This document shows, piece after piece, positions 50,901-61,404 of a stretch of DNA of 64,000 bases. The translations under genes and the position numbers were made by a program. Origin of the DNA: Macrostomum hystrix (lineage: Eukaryota; Animalia; Platyhelminthes); NCBI GenBank assembly GCA_950097015.1, contig CATNEN010000025.1, positions 434,001-498,000 of the forward strand, given 5' to 3'. Numbering within the stretch: position 1 is the stretch's first letter; each line of letters opens with the position of its first letter. A model generated the notes under the pieces. That model saw only the letters and a program-made list of their open reading frames with translations, had not been told where the DNA came from and searched no databases.

Positions 50901-51000
50901 TATAGGTCACAAAAAGACATGTAAGATTGCATAAAAACTGCAGACAGGATTGCGACTGCGGAAATCACACCTTTTCCCGAGGGACTTGCGGTCGCCATGG

Positions 51001-51704
51001 TTAATGCCGACCCAGTTCCGGCAGCTGCAGCAGCGATGTCACGTCCAGCACCTCGAGGAGTCTCGGCGCAAAGAGGCCTTCGGATTCGTGCGCTAGAGAC
51101 ACGATGTCGCCGGCTCGAGTCGGACAGGCTCCATTGCTGCGCATGAAGCGGCGCGCCGCCCAGGCGGCCAGATAGCGCGGCTCGTAGCCGAAGCTCGCCG
51201 CCAGGCTCAGGCCGCAGCCGTCAAGGAGGTCGCCGCGCAGCTTCTTCAGCGCCCGCTCGTAGCGTTTGGAATCGCCGATGGCATCGAGCCGCTCTGTCAG
51301 CCGGCAGAGGCTGGTTCCGCTGCCGGAGTTTCTGTCAGCCGCGCGGGCCAGAGCGCACAGCCTGGCGTAGTAGCAGTTCGGGCTGGCTCCTCGGTGTCGC
51401 CTCAGGGGGTCGTCTTCGGCCAAAGTCGCTCCTGCCGACGCGCCGCAGGTAAAATCGGCTTCGTCGTCGGTGCTGGAGGATAATGAGGTCGGCGGGGCAT
51501 AGTTGACCTCGGTCGTTGATATACGAACGGAGCAGTGAAAGCAGACAAGCCACGGCCCGTCTGTGCTTTGGTAGAAGAAGCCAGCCTTCGCGAGGCGGTG
51601 CGCCAATGGCGAGGGCGAGAGAGTGGGCAGTAACGTGGACAGCCGGTCGTCCAGTAAGGTGTACTGCGGCTGCACTGAACCAGTCAGGGTCAGTAGCAGG
51701 CATC
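51001..51704 (-). CDS. BIR-domain (IAP-like) protein exon; 5' exon not located
   Basis: RLSTL..LAKAGFFY..VCFHC..DDPLRRHRGASPNC (CxxC..H-x6-C); acceptor TCACAG| at 51705, phase 1; no upstream Met in frame. Confidence 0.8.
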
Positions 51705-51719
51705 CTGTGAGTGAGTGAG

Positions 51720-52155
51720 AGAGTTGCAGTGGAGTGGACTGGTGAGTTGCAGTGGAGTGGACTGGTGAGTTGCAGTGGAGTGGACTGGTGAGTTGCAGTG
51801 GAGTGGACTGGTGAGTTGCAGTGGAGTGGACTGGTGAGTTGCAGTGGAGTGGACTGGTGAGTTGCAGTGGAGTGGACTGGTGAGTTGCAGTGGAGTGGAC
51901 TGGTGAGTTGCAGTGGAGTGGACTGGTGAGTTGCAGTGGAGTGGACTGGTGAGTTGCAGTGGAGTGGACTGGTGAGTTGCAGTGGAGTGGACTGGTGAGT
52001 TGCAGTGGAGTGGACTGGTGAGTTGCAGTGGAGTGGACTGGTGAGTTGCAGTGGAGTGGACTGGTGAGTTGCAGTGGAGTGGACTGGTGAGTTGCAGTGG
52101 AGTGGACTGGTGAGTTGCAGTGGAGTGGACTGGTGAGTTGCAGTGGAGTGGACTT
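51720..52155. repeat. 23-bp perfect minisatellite, ~19 copies, next to the BIR acceptor
   Basis: Unit GAGTTGCAGTGGAGTGGACTGGT. Confidence 0.97.
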
Positions 52156-52302
52156 GAGCGGAAGCGGGTTCTATACCTCGGAGCTGTTACCGGCCCGGCA
52201 GTGTGATCATGTGCGCCGCCGCAGAAATTTTGGTGCCCTATATTATCGTTGCTATCCTTTTGAATCCTTGATGTAGAGTAAATCATGGCTTCTCATTGCT
52301 CA

Positions 52303-52545
52303 AGCCTGGTGGTTAGAGTGTCGGACCTGAAGTTCGGGGGTTCGATTCCCGACTCCATTGGAACAATTTGTGTCCTTTAGCAAGACACTCAACTCTGCGT
52401 TGCTTCAGTTCACCCAGCTGTTAAATTGGTACCTACATTAGCTGTAGTAATTGAGGGTGGGTGTGGCGTCCCCCCAGTTCATGGACTGAGCAGCCGTACG
52501 CAGCCTTCAGATGCGCCGGGCATTAGCTGCGGCTGTGCCATTGCA
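52303..52545 (+). mobile_element. tRNA-derived CORE-SINE, family B
   Basis: TGGTGGTTAGAG, GGTTCGATTCCC, GTGTCCTTTAGCAAGACACTCAAC..CAGCTGTTAAATTGG; colinear with 21598-21826. Confidence 0.82.
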
Positions 52546-52749
52546 CTGTACACCTAAACTCACCAACAATGTACAGTCGAATCTCTCTGCTGGATTTCTT
52601 GTATAGCTCGACAATGGCCTCAGCGGTCTCAGTGGAGTACACGAGCCGCATTGGCTCCAGCAGCAGGTTCAGGTTGTTCTTGGAGTCTGACATTCTCTGA
52701 AATTGGAGCGCACGGCCCTGGGTAGAGTTAGAGCTGGGATCCGGGTTGT

Positions 52750-52880
52750 TGGCCCTCTTTTGATATCAAATCCCAGAAAAAGCCATCAAGCCTTCTCTCC
52801 GCGACTGCACCCCAAATGAATGTGGCCTCGCCGCGGATTCGAACTCAGGGACCTTGGTGCCAGAGTTGGACGCGTTAAAG
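52750..52880 (-). mobile_element. Partial family-A SINE (5' part)
   Basis: AAGCCTTCTCTCCGCG..GGATTCGAACTCAGGGACCTTGGTGC matches 6420-6500. Confidence 0.8.
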
Positions 52881-54012
52881 TTGCATCCCAGCTGAACGGT
52901 TGAACTCACCTTCCCAGCTGCTATCCTCCCTCCTTATCGAAGGCAGCAGTGTCTGCATAAGGAATGTGAATTCTTATTCCCTATTAGGCTAGGCTGTTGC
53001 TGCTGCCACAAATTTCTCTCACGAATATTAAAATTCTTTCTGTGGCCAATGCCAAACTGAAAAGTGCTTGCAGACTTGCCGCGCGTGCAGCTTATTTATA
53101 AGCGGTACGCGCGGTGGCCATTTGGTCACAGTAGAAACAAGGACCTATAGCGAGATAGAGGGTAGCTTGGGCCACCCACCCCCTCCAAGCGTACACTGCC
53201 ACACCTGTTAATACATGGGCTCTCATCTCGTGTGTAAACCATTTAGAGAACTTCCATCTATGTAATGGCTATGTTAATAAATAATAAGAAAAAGAAAATG
53301 TCATGCTGGACATTCATGAGTCATTTTGAGATTGATTCTGTGAGATAACTCATTTTGTCCCGGTAGAATTAATATAGTCTCTATTTTATCTCTGAGTAAA
53401 ATAGAAAAAAAATAAACAAATAAGACCATGCAATTGCAGAGTTCGATGCAACAGACGGACTGATAATTAAAAAGGCTAAAATCCTGGTAAAAATGTTTTA
53501 TTAGATCATAGATGGCTTTTTGTTTGTTAAGCTTCATTAGCTACAATGGACAGTGACACTGGAGCATGATTACAATATTCAATCTCAATTAGAGATAACC
53601 CATTCGAATTTGAAATTTTTGACCCGATCGATGCGCAGGTTTAAGTTAATTAATAAAAAACGGCTCAAACACGTCACAATCGTGCAGGTTTTTTACAGAA
53701 TTTGCAGCATTTAGTTAATATTAAGCAATAAAACAAGCACGGCTAAAACAAGAAATATTGGAACAAATTGTCTGCTTGCTCAAGGTGACAGGTGAATATG
53801 CGGGATTATCAAATTAAAATCGAGGTAAAAATGAGAGTTTGTTTGGCCCGAAAGTTCTAGACACCGGACACCAGAAAAATCAGTGATCTTCTATTGTGAA
53901 TAAAGAAACGAGCTTCTTTCACTAAAAAATGAATGCCTCAATCCGAACACCCTACTAAGTGAAACTCTATAAGTAGGCATGTGAGCACTTTAGCATAGAA
54001 ATTAATGGCCGA

Positions 54013-55801
54013 TCAGAGCACGCTCTGCACGGAGGCCAGCGTGTGCGAACGCCTGGCGGCGGCCAGCACCTGGCGGCAGCACTCGGGGCCAGGCGGGCGC
54101 CGGTTCTGCCGCCGACGGCTCTCCTGACTGTCGTCTTTCGCGGTGGCCGTGAATTCGTCGCGAATCACTTGGGTTGGCGTTTCGGCGCCGGCTGCGGCCG
54201 CCCAGTGCGACGCTTCAGACGGGCCAGCGACGACTACGACTAGGCCGGCTGTGAGCCGCGGCTGAGCAGCGAGGGACTCGCGCAAGCGGCTCAGGTAGCG
54301 ATCGTCGGCTTGGCCGCAGGCAGGAAGCAGCACAATGGGCAGGTAGTCGTGACGTGCGCAGGCGTTGAGAGCCTCGGTCGGCACCGGAACGGATGCGGAC
54401 AAGCGCGACCGACGCAGGAGGCTGTTGCGAAGGCGCGTCGCCAATTGACCCCGACGACGCTGAGCTTTGCACTCGGCCTCGGGTTCAGCTGTGGCCGGAG
54501 CTCGCTCGGCTTCAAGTGCAGCGGCATCGGACCACAGGCAAGCGGGTTGGCCACTGCTGGCCAAGTAGTTGACCAGGTAAGTTGCTCTGGCAGACTGAGA
54601 CGGCGGATGAAAAATCACAGCGCGCACAGGCGTAGGGAACTGGGCAGTTGATTGGAGTTGCGACGGCAACTGCTTCTGCTGCTGCTGCTGCTGCTTGTGG
54701 TGGTGATGATGATGTGACGGCGGCGGAGTAGCCAAGGAGTGTCTGGCGCCAGTGAGTACAACTTCGGACTTGTCCTGCTCCTTGAGCCAACCGCTTAGCA
54801 GGTAGCTCTGACGTCGCCAATGGAATCGTCGCCGACTGTTGCCGCGAGAATCGATGGTGGACGCGGCGTTCGAGCGAAACTTTGGAAGTGGAGGCGGGGA
54901 GGATCGGCGCAGACGCGGCGTGGTCGCCTCAGTGACGGAGCCGGACGCAGCTGTGGGCAGCGTGGCCGGCGACAGAACTCGGGCGCGAATGAAGCGAAAC
55001 TCATCCGTAGCCGGCTCGGAACCGGTGGCGCTCAGTCTTCGACGGCCGTCGACCATGTCCACGCCAACCGCTGGAACTGGTGTTGTCGTGGCCACTGTGG
55101 TTTGAGCAGTCTCGGCGGCGATCGGCTTGTTGCATTCTTCGTCTTTGTCGAGCTTGGCACCTCGAGCCAGTTCGACCAGATCGTCAACCTTGCCAGTGTC
55201 GTCGCAGTCCCTGGCCTCGCCCAGTCGCAGGAGCTCGTCCATATCGACGCCCTTGTCAATGCCAATTCCTCGGCCAACTGAGTCGTCGATCTCATCCGGA
55301 GTGTCGGAACCGATTTTGTCGGGCAGGATCTCCAAGATACTGTCAAGGTAGAGCTCCACAATGTTCGAGTCATCATCGTCCTCGTTGTCATGGAGATCCG
55401 AGCGACCGCAGAAGCTGCCATCCTCCTGGCAGCTCGCAGGCAAGCCGTCATTGGCATCTCTCTGAGTAACATTTGAGAACTGTGCTCTCTCTTCTTCGTT
55501 GATGGAACCACTCGCGCTGACAAGCCGGAGTTCCTTTACAGAGCTTGTGTCAGCGTGGCCATTCGCAGCCAGGACATCAGCATTGCCATTGTTGATGTCT
55601 CTGGAACCGTCCCAGGTGCTGCGCTGAAGCTGCAGCTGCCGTCTGAGCTGCCGCTGTCGCCGAGTTAAAACAATTTCACCTGGCAACTCAGAGGTATTCA
55701 CTGGCGACGAGCTTCGCCAGCGCAGCAGAGAAGTGACGAGCCCCGGCAGCGAGGTCGCATCGATGGATAGGCGAGATGGCGATGCCAGGGGCAGCAGCGG
55801 C
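54013..55801 (-). CDS. Unknown 726-aa protein, exon 2 (acidic region, poly-H/Q, C-terminal alpha/beta segment)
   Basis: Long GC-rich open frame; CCAAG|G acceptor is phase-compatible with exon 56560-56951. Confidence 0.72.
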
Positions 55802-55889
55802 CTTGGCGGGTTTGGGGCGACTCAGTTAGCTCGCAGTTTGTTTGGAGGTGGCAGTTGACTGTATTTATTCAGACATTAATAAGGATAAA

Positions 55890-56445
55890 ACAAGGATACC
55901 ACAAGGATACCACAAGCATACCACAAGGATACCACAAGGATACCACACATGTGAGAGATACAATTCAGACTACTGACAACAGTAGAAAAGCAAAGACTTG
56001 GCTGCAAAACTCTCACATAACACTAAAAAAATATCGCCATAGAAAATGGCAAGGTTAAAAGAGACTTCTGTGCACACTAAGAGTGGTGGGAGAGGACTGC
56101 GTGTGGCTATGGCTGACTGACGAAGGCAAACAAGCCAGAAACCGGTCTCGATCTGCCAGCGCGAGGTTCGTTCCCCACTTTTAGTGTGTTACAACACAGA
56201 TACCACAAGGATACCACAAGGATACCACAAGGATACCACAAGGATACCACAAGGATACCACAAGGATACCACAAGGATACCACAAGGATACCACAAGGAT
56301 ACCACAAGGATACCACAAGGATACCACAAGGATACCACAAGGATACCACAAGGATACCACACAGATACCACACAGATACCACACAGATACCACACAGATA
56401 CCACACAGATACCACACAGATACCACACAGATACCGCACAGATAC
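55890..56445. repeat. 11-bp repeat blocks in intron (55890-55945, 56195-56445)
   Basis: AAGGATACCAC grading into ACAGATACCAC. Confidence 0.95.
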
Positions 56446-56559
56446 CACATGCGTTCTACGCATCGACTAGCAGACGGCATAAAAAAAGACTGCGGCCTCG
56501 CATCAATAAACATTTCTAAAGCATCTCCAATGTCAATAGCGCGATTGCAATCTACTCAC

Positions 56560-56951
56560 CTTACATTGCCAGGTGTCAAAACGCCTGCCAGTGCCGCCGA
56601 GGACAGGCTCCTCTCGCCGAGTGTCGCCACAGATGGCGTCGACCTCAGCCGAACCTCCGGTGTCTCGGCCGAGTAGGCTCGCCGCACCGACAGCAGCTCC
56701 ACGGCCGTCCCGGCTGTCAGCGACGAGTTGGCCGACTCAGCGGAGCCCAACGACGTGATTGAATGCGCTGGCGATGGGAACAGCGAGGAATGCGGCTGGT
56801 ACACCAGCACAGGCCCGTCCAGTTCCTCTTCGGTCATCACAGCTGCCTTCCGTTTAGCAGATAAGGCGGCGAAGCAGCAGAGCTGATGCGGCCGGCTGGC
56901 CTTCAACAGGAGTTCAGCCGGGTTGGGCAGAAACAAACTCGAGCCGTTCAT
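56560..56951 (-). CDS. Unknown 726-aa protein, exon 1
   Basis: MNGSSLFLPNPAELLL..VLTPGNV; donor GTAAG|GTGAGT, phase 2. Confidence 0.68.
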
Positions 56952-57546
56952 GGTCTGAACAATCGCTGCCTATTTATTCAGATCTACTTGCTGAGTCTGT
57001 CTTCTTATATACTAAAAATGATTATATTCTATCAATTAGAGCCACAGTGAATAGTGAAGAGTTTCAACAGTCTCAATCTCTCCTCTCGCGTCTGTCTCAC
57101 AGGCACGCAGTTTTAAGCGATTTGAGCGGATCGGTTGGTGTCTGTCTGAATCACAATTCGGCTTGGGGTGGGTGCGCTGCTCGCAGAGTTCTAACTGGCC
57201 CTGCAGGCGTTGCGTAACTCTCACCCACCACCCCATTTTCAGCGCATTTGCGACTCCTGCGCCGTGCCATACCTGCCACCTTCTGACGCAACCAACGTGA
57301 CCATTGTGAGCCATTACACGCGCACAAACAATGCTTTAATGTTGTTATTAATTATCTATGTCTCCAACGAGGGACTTATTCATTGTGCCACAGACAAATT
57401 ACTAATTTTGTGTTTCTGGCTTAATTTGGAAACTCGCCAAGCTTTTGTGAGCCTCGGGCCCACTCAAGAATTCAGTGAACTAGAAACTGCCACTGAGTCT
57501 CTAAGTTGGGTTTCTGCTGCCACTTTTGAGCAGTCACTTATTATCC

Positions 57547-57895
57547 CATTGACATATAACCAAGTGTGCGTAAACGTCTCAAGCTCGTGTATAGTTTATG
57601 GCCCAAAGGCCATCAAAGAAATAGATTGAAGTGTGCAGTAAATTCCGCAACTGTGCGGTAAATGATACTCCACTTGATCTCCGTGCCATCCCTCTTCTGA
57701 GCTACTATGCAGTAAATCCCAGACGGGTATTGTCTATGGGCCGAAGGAGCTGGTCTTGCGCACACACACTTGGTCATAAATCAATGCACTTATGCTAGGC
57801 TTCCGAGTGCGTAAATAGTCTTTGCACGAGTGCGCGCAGCGCACGAGTGCCATAGACTATTTACGCACTAGGAAGCCTAGCATAAATCTACCATT
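57547..57895 (-). repeat. Second copy of the dispersed hairpin-bearing repeat
   Basis: Matches 22866-23176; contains a 92-bp hairpin at 57792-57883. Confidence 0.9.
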
Positions 57896-58934
57896 CAGCT
57901 AGATTTTTCCTATTCTTATTCACTTCTCTACTACTAGAATGCACTTCCCATCACAGTCTACTTCTAGTTACTCACTGCTTCTCTGCACACTCTACTGCAT
58001 TTCTCTGCACACTATACTTCCCTTCTCTGCACATTCTACTTAAATATCTGCACATTCTACTTGATTCTTTGCTCATTCTGCTTGACTCTCTGCACATTCT
58101 CAATCAATGTTTAGATTAGACAGTATAATATTGTTTCACCACTTGAATTCCAATTTCTCATTACCCTGAAAATCTTCTAAACCTCTAGTCTCGTTGTGAA
58201 GTCAATTATTTTCACTTTGCGGATTACAAGACAGTATTTATTTAAAGTTAATTCGCGATCGTTACAAAATAATGCTAAGCAACTTAATACTCGTCATTCA
58301 GAGCTGGGTATATTTTCTGCCGTTACGAATTTGTCATTTAGACGCAGTTTAGTCAATTTTTGCAGCAAAAAATGAGCAAATAATATTAATTCATCCTTTT
58401 GCAAGCACGTAGAGTAAAATTGATGAGCACAATCGGAACTGTTTTCGCAAGGAGAGATTTAGTTCCTTTATCTGAAATCACCTTGTAAAATATTGGAAGA
58501 CCGATTGTTAGGTAAAAAATACACGTTAGATATTACTTAGTCTCTGAAATACAGTAGCACTATCGGAATGATATAAGAAAAATTCGCTGAATGCGATACT
58601 AACACAAGGGTAGATTCGCATTTAGCGAGTACGGGATTACAGAAGCCAATTACTCTCGATAGTTGGCAAAGTTTAAATACAAAATAGAACAAAAAAGGAA
58701 GCGTATTTTTCAAAAGGCTCAAAAATCGCCATTAGCTAATATACGAGATTTACGAAATACGAAAGCGAAAAAATCCGATTCGGCAGCTGTGCATGGCATA
58801 ATTCTTTATTAATTAAAGCAACGCAAAATAAATATTTGCAAATGAAAGTTGCAAGAGCGATTTGATGCAGAGATTCATTTTAGAGATACATTCTGACGAG
58901 ACCGTAATGAGAGAGGCACTACTTTCCGCCTGGA

Positions 58935-59150
58935 AAACCACCTCACTCCCTGCCTGTTAAAGGCTTTTCTCTATCCCTCCGGGCAACCACCTCACTCCCA
59001 GCCTGTTAAAGGCTTTTCTCTACCCCTCGGGGCAACCACCTCACTCCCTGCCTGTTAAAGGCTTTTCTCTATCCCTCCGGGCAACCACCTCACTCCCAGC
59101 CTGTTAAAGGCTTTTCTCTACCCCTCCGGACAACCACCTCACTCCCTGCC
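58935..59150. repeat. 49-bp minisatellite, ~4.5 copies
   Basis: CAACCACCTCACTCCCTGCCTGTTAAAGGCTTTTCTCTATCCCTCCGGG. Confidence 0.93.
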
Positions 59151-59239
59151 CTTTCCAGTCCAAGGACCACCAGTTTTTCGTTAGTTGTACTCAGTCTTTA
59201 GGGAAAGGCATAATAAGTTAGTTCTCCCAATTCTGCAAC

Positions 59240-59683
59240 TCAGCAGCAATTGTTCAAGATGCCTCCATGCTTTGATTTGTTGCCATTTTCATTGAGCGCT
59301 ATAGGCGAATTGCGGGTGCCAGGTGGGTACGAATGGCCAGTCGGAGTTTTTCGTAGTACCATTTCGGCTAGAGCCAGGAATGCGGTCTCAACGCCGTCAC
59401 CCGTGCGCGCCGATGTCTCAAAGTAGGGAATGCCGCGCGTACGAGCCAACCTGTCCGCTTCTTCGGCGCTCACCTGGCGTCTGTCGGTCAAATCGCGCTT
59501 GTTGCCCACCAGGACGCGCTCAACAGACTCGCTGGCGTAGGTTTCAATGTTCTGCAACCAGCGGCTGACGTTGTCGAAGCTCTCTCGCGACGTGACGTCA
59601 TAGACTAGCATGATACCCTGGGCGCCCCGGTAATAGGCGGACACAATTGTGTGAAATCGCTCTTGCCCAGCAGTGTCCCAGAT
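59240..59683 (-). CDS. RAB10: Rab10-like GTPase, exon 2
   Basis: ACAG| [41 protein letters not shown] (CC prenylation motif). Confidence 0.93.
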   Translation of the reverse strand: MWDTAGQERFHTIVSAYYRGAQGIMLVYDVTSRESFDNVSRWLQNIETYASESVERVLVGNKRDLTDRRQVSAEEADRLARTRGIPYFETSARTGDGVETAFLALAEMVLRKTPTGHSYPPGTRNSPIALNENGNKSKHGGILNNCC

Positions 59684-59815
59684 CTGTCCAGGTGCGATTT
59701 TTTGTTGATAGCACAAAGAATATAAATCTTACCATTTACAAAATGCATACTTAGCGAAATTATTGTACTCTAAAAAAATCTTGAGATCATGCACGTAGCA
59801 CTTTTAGGTATTTAC

Positions 59816-59998
59816 CTGTAGCTTGATCTTCTTTCCATCCATGTCAATAGTCTTGATCTTAAAGTCAATGCCTATTGTTGAAATAAATGATGTTTGAAAT
59901 GTGTTCTCCACATAATTGAATAATATACACGTTTTGCCGACACCAGAGTCTCCAATAAGCATTAATTTGAAAAGCAGGTCATATGACTTCTTTGCCAT
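59816..59998 (-). CDS. RAB10: Rab10-like GTPase, exon 1
   Basis: [46 protein letters not shown] |GTAAAT; 132-nt phase-0 intron. Confidence 0.93.
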
Positions 59999-61404
59999 TT
60001 GAAACTCTGAAATGAATGTTCGAAACTTATGGCTTTACCAAAATATTAAATGCTAAAAAAACAATAATTTTAAAGCTAAATGAATAATTGTTTGTAAGCA
60101 CTCATTTGTTTTGACATTTGGCTTTGATTTTCCCACTAAAAAATAAAGCAATATAACAAAGCAAAAATAGAAATTGATTTATAAGAGGATGACTACATAT
60201 TTAGCTGTAAAAGTGCTTAAATTGTATTCATTATATCTAAAAATAAAAATGCTATTGTAAAAAGCAATACTCAATAGCCTTAAAAGAAGCTATGAATCAG
60301 TATCCTGAAAATAATTCTAGAGTGCACACATGAGCTTTACATTTATAATTTTATCAGGAAAATCTTTCTTTCTGGATTAAAATCATAGATAGCAGTGGAA
60401 TACATTTTTACGATTCACGCTATTTGGGGCTCAATTTCGAAAAAAAATGTGAAATAATGTAGAGTAGAGGTTTACTGCTAGCCATTGGCCCTGCAGCTAA
60501 ACATGCTGAGTATAAAAATTAACTTTTGAACTCTTCGGTGGACTTTTTTAATTTAATTTTCAAGACAGAGCTTAGGTTTTCACTTTGAGTTACTGGGAAG
60601 TAAAAAAGAAGAGACAGAAACACGATCAAATTAATATCTAATGTACCGAAATGTATGGGAAAGTGTTGCATTAGGAAATTTTAGAATTGTTTAAATAAGT
60701 AAAGTAACTCTCTTACTCCTTAGAACAAAAAGTAAAACAAGAAACTATTTAATGAGCAAAACAAAACAATTTTATATGGTTTGTTAATTCTAACTAAATC
60801 CCGTAAAATCGCAAACTAAATATAGCGTTGTTTTAATCTTGCGTCCGCACCCTCTCATGTTCGGCCTAAATAACATTATTGGCATCAATTATCGTCCTAA
60901 AAGTATTGATCTCTTAAACAGGCGAAATTCAGTCTCAATTTACTCTGAACCCTCACTTTATAATATTTCTTGTGTCTTCAGTCCATGATTGATTAAAATA
61001 AAGTCACACTTTTACACTAATAAAACGATTCACACTTTAAAGACATGTATCTGTCTTGAGCTAATGATCAACGCAAATACATTGAAAACTATTTACTGCT
61101 GCTTTAAAAGACACAGCTATATTTGTTAGATATTAGATGTTAGGTTCAGAAAAGCCCGGAATGACTACTATTTCTGCATCCTACCTAAACAGGTCTGCTT
61201 GGATTCGCTGTTCGGGCAGATTAGACGACTCAAATGCGTATAAATATGAGTAGATTGATATTCTTCTCGGCCAAACCATGATATTTTTCATCACTTGATC
61301 CGACTTTTTCAACGTTAATTAGATTTAAGATCTATAGATTAAATGTAGAAAGCGAGTACGAGCTAAAACTAAAATTCTGCACTTTTCTAGCCTAAATATA
61401 AGAA

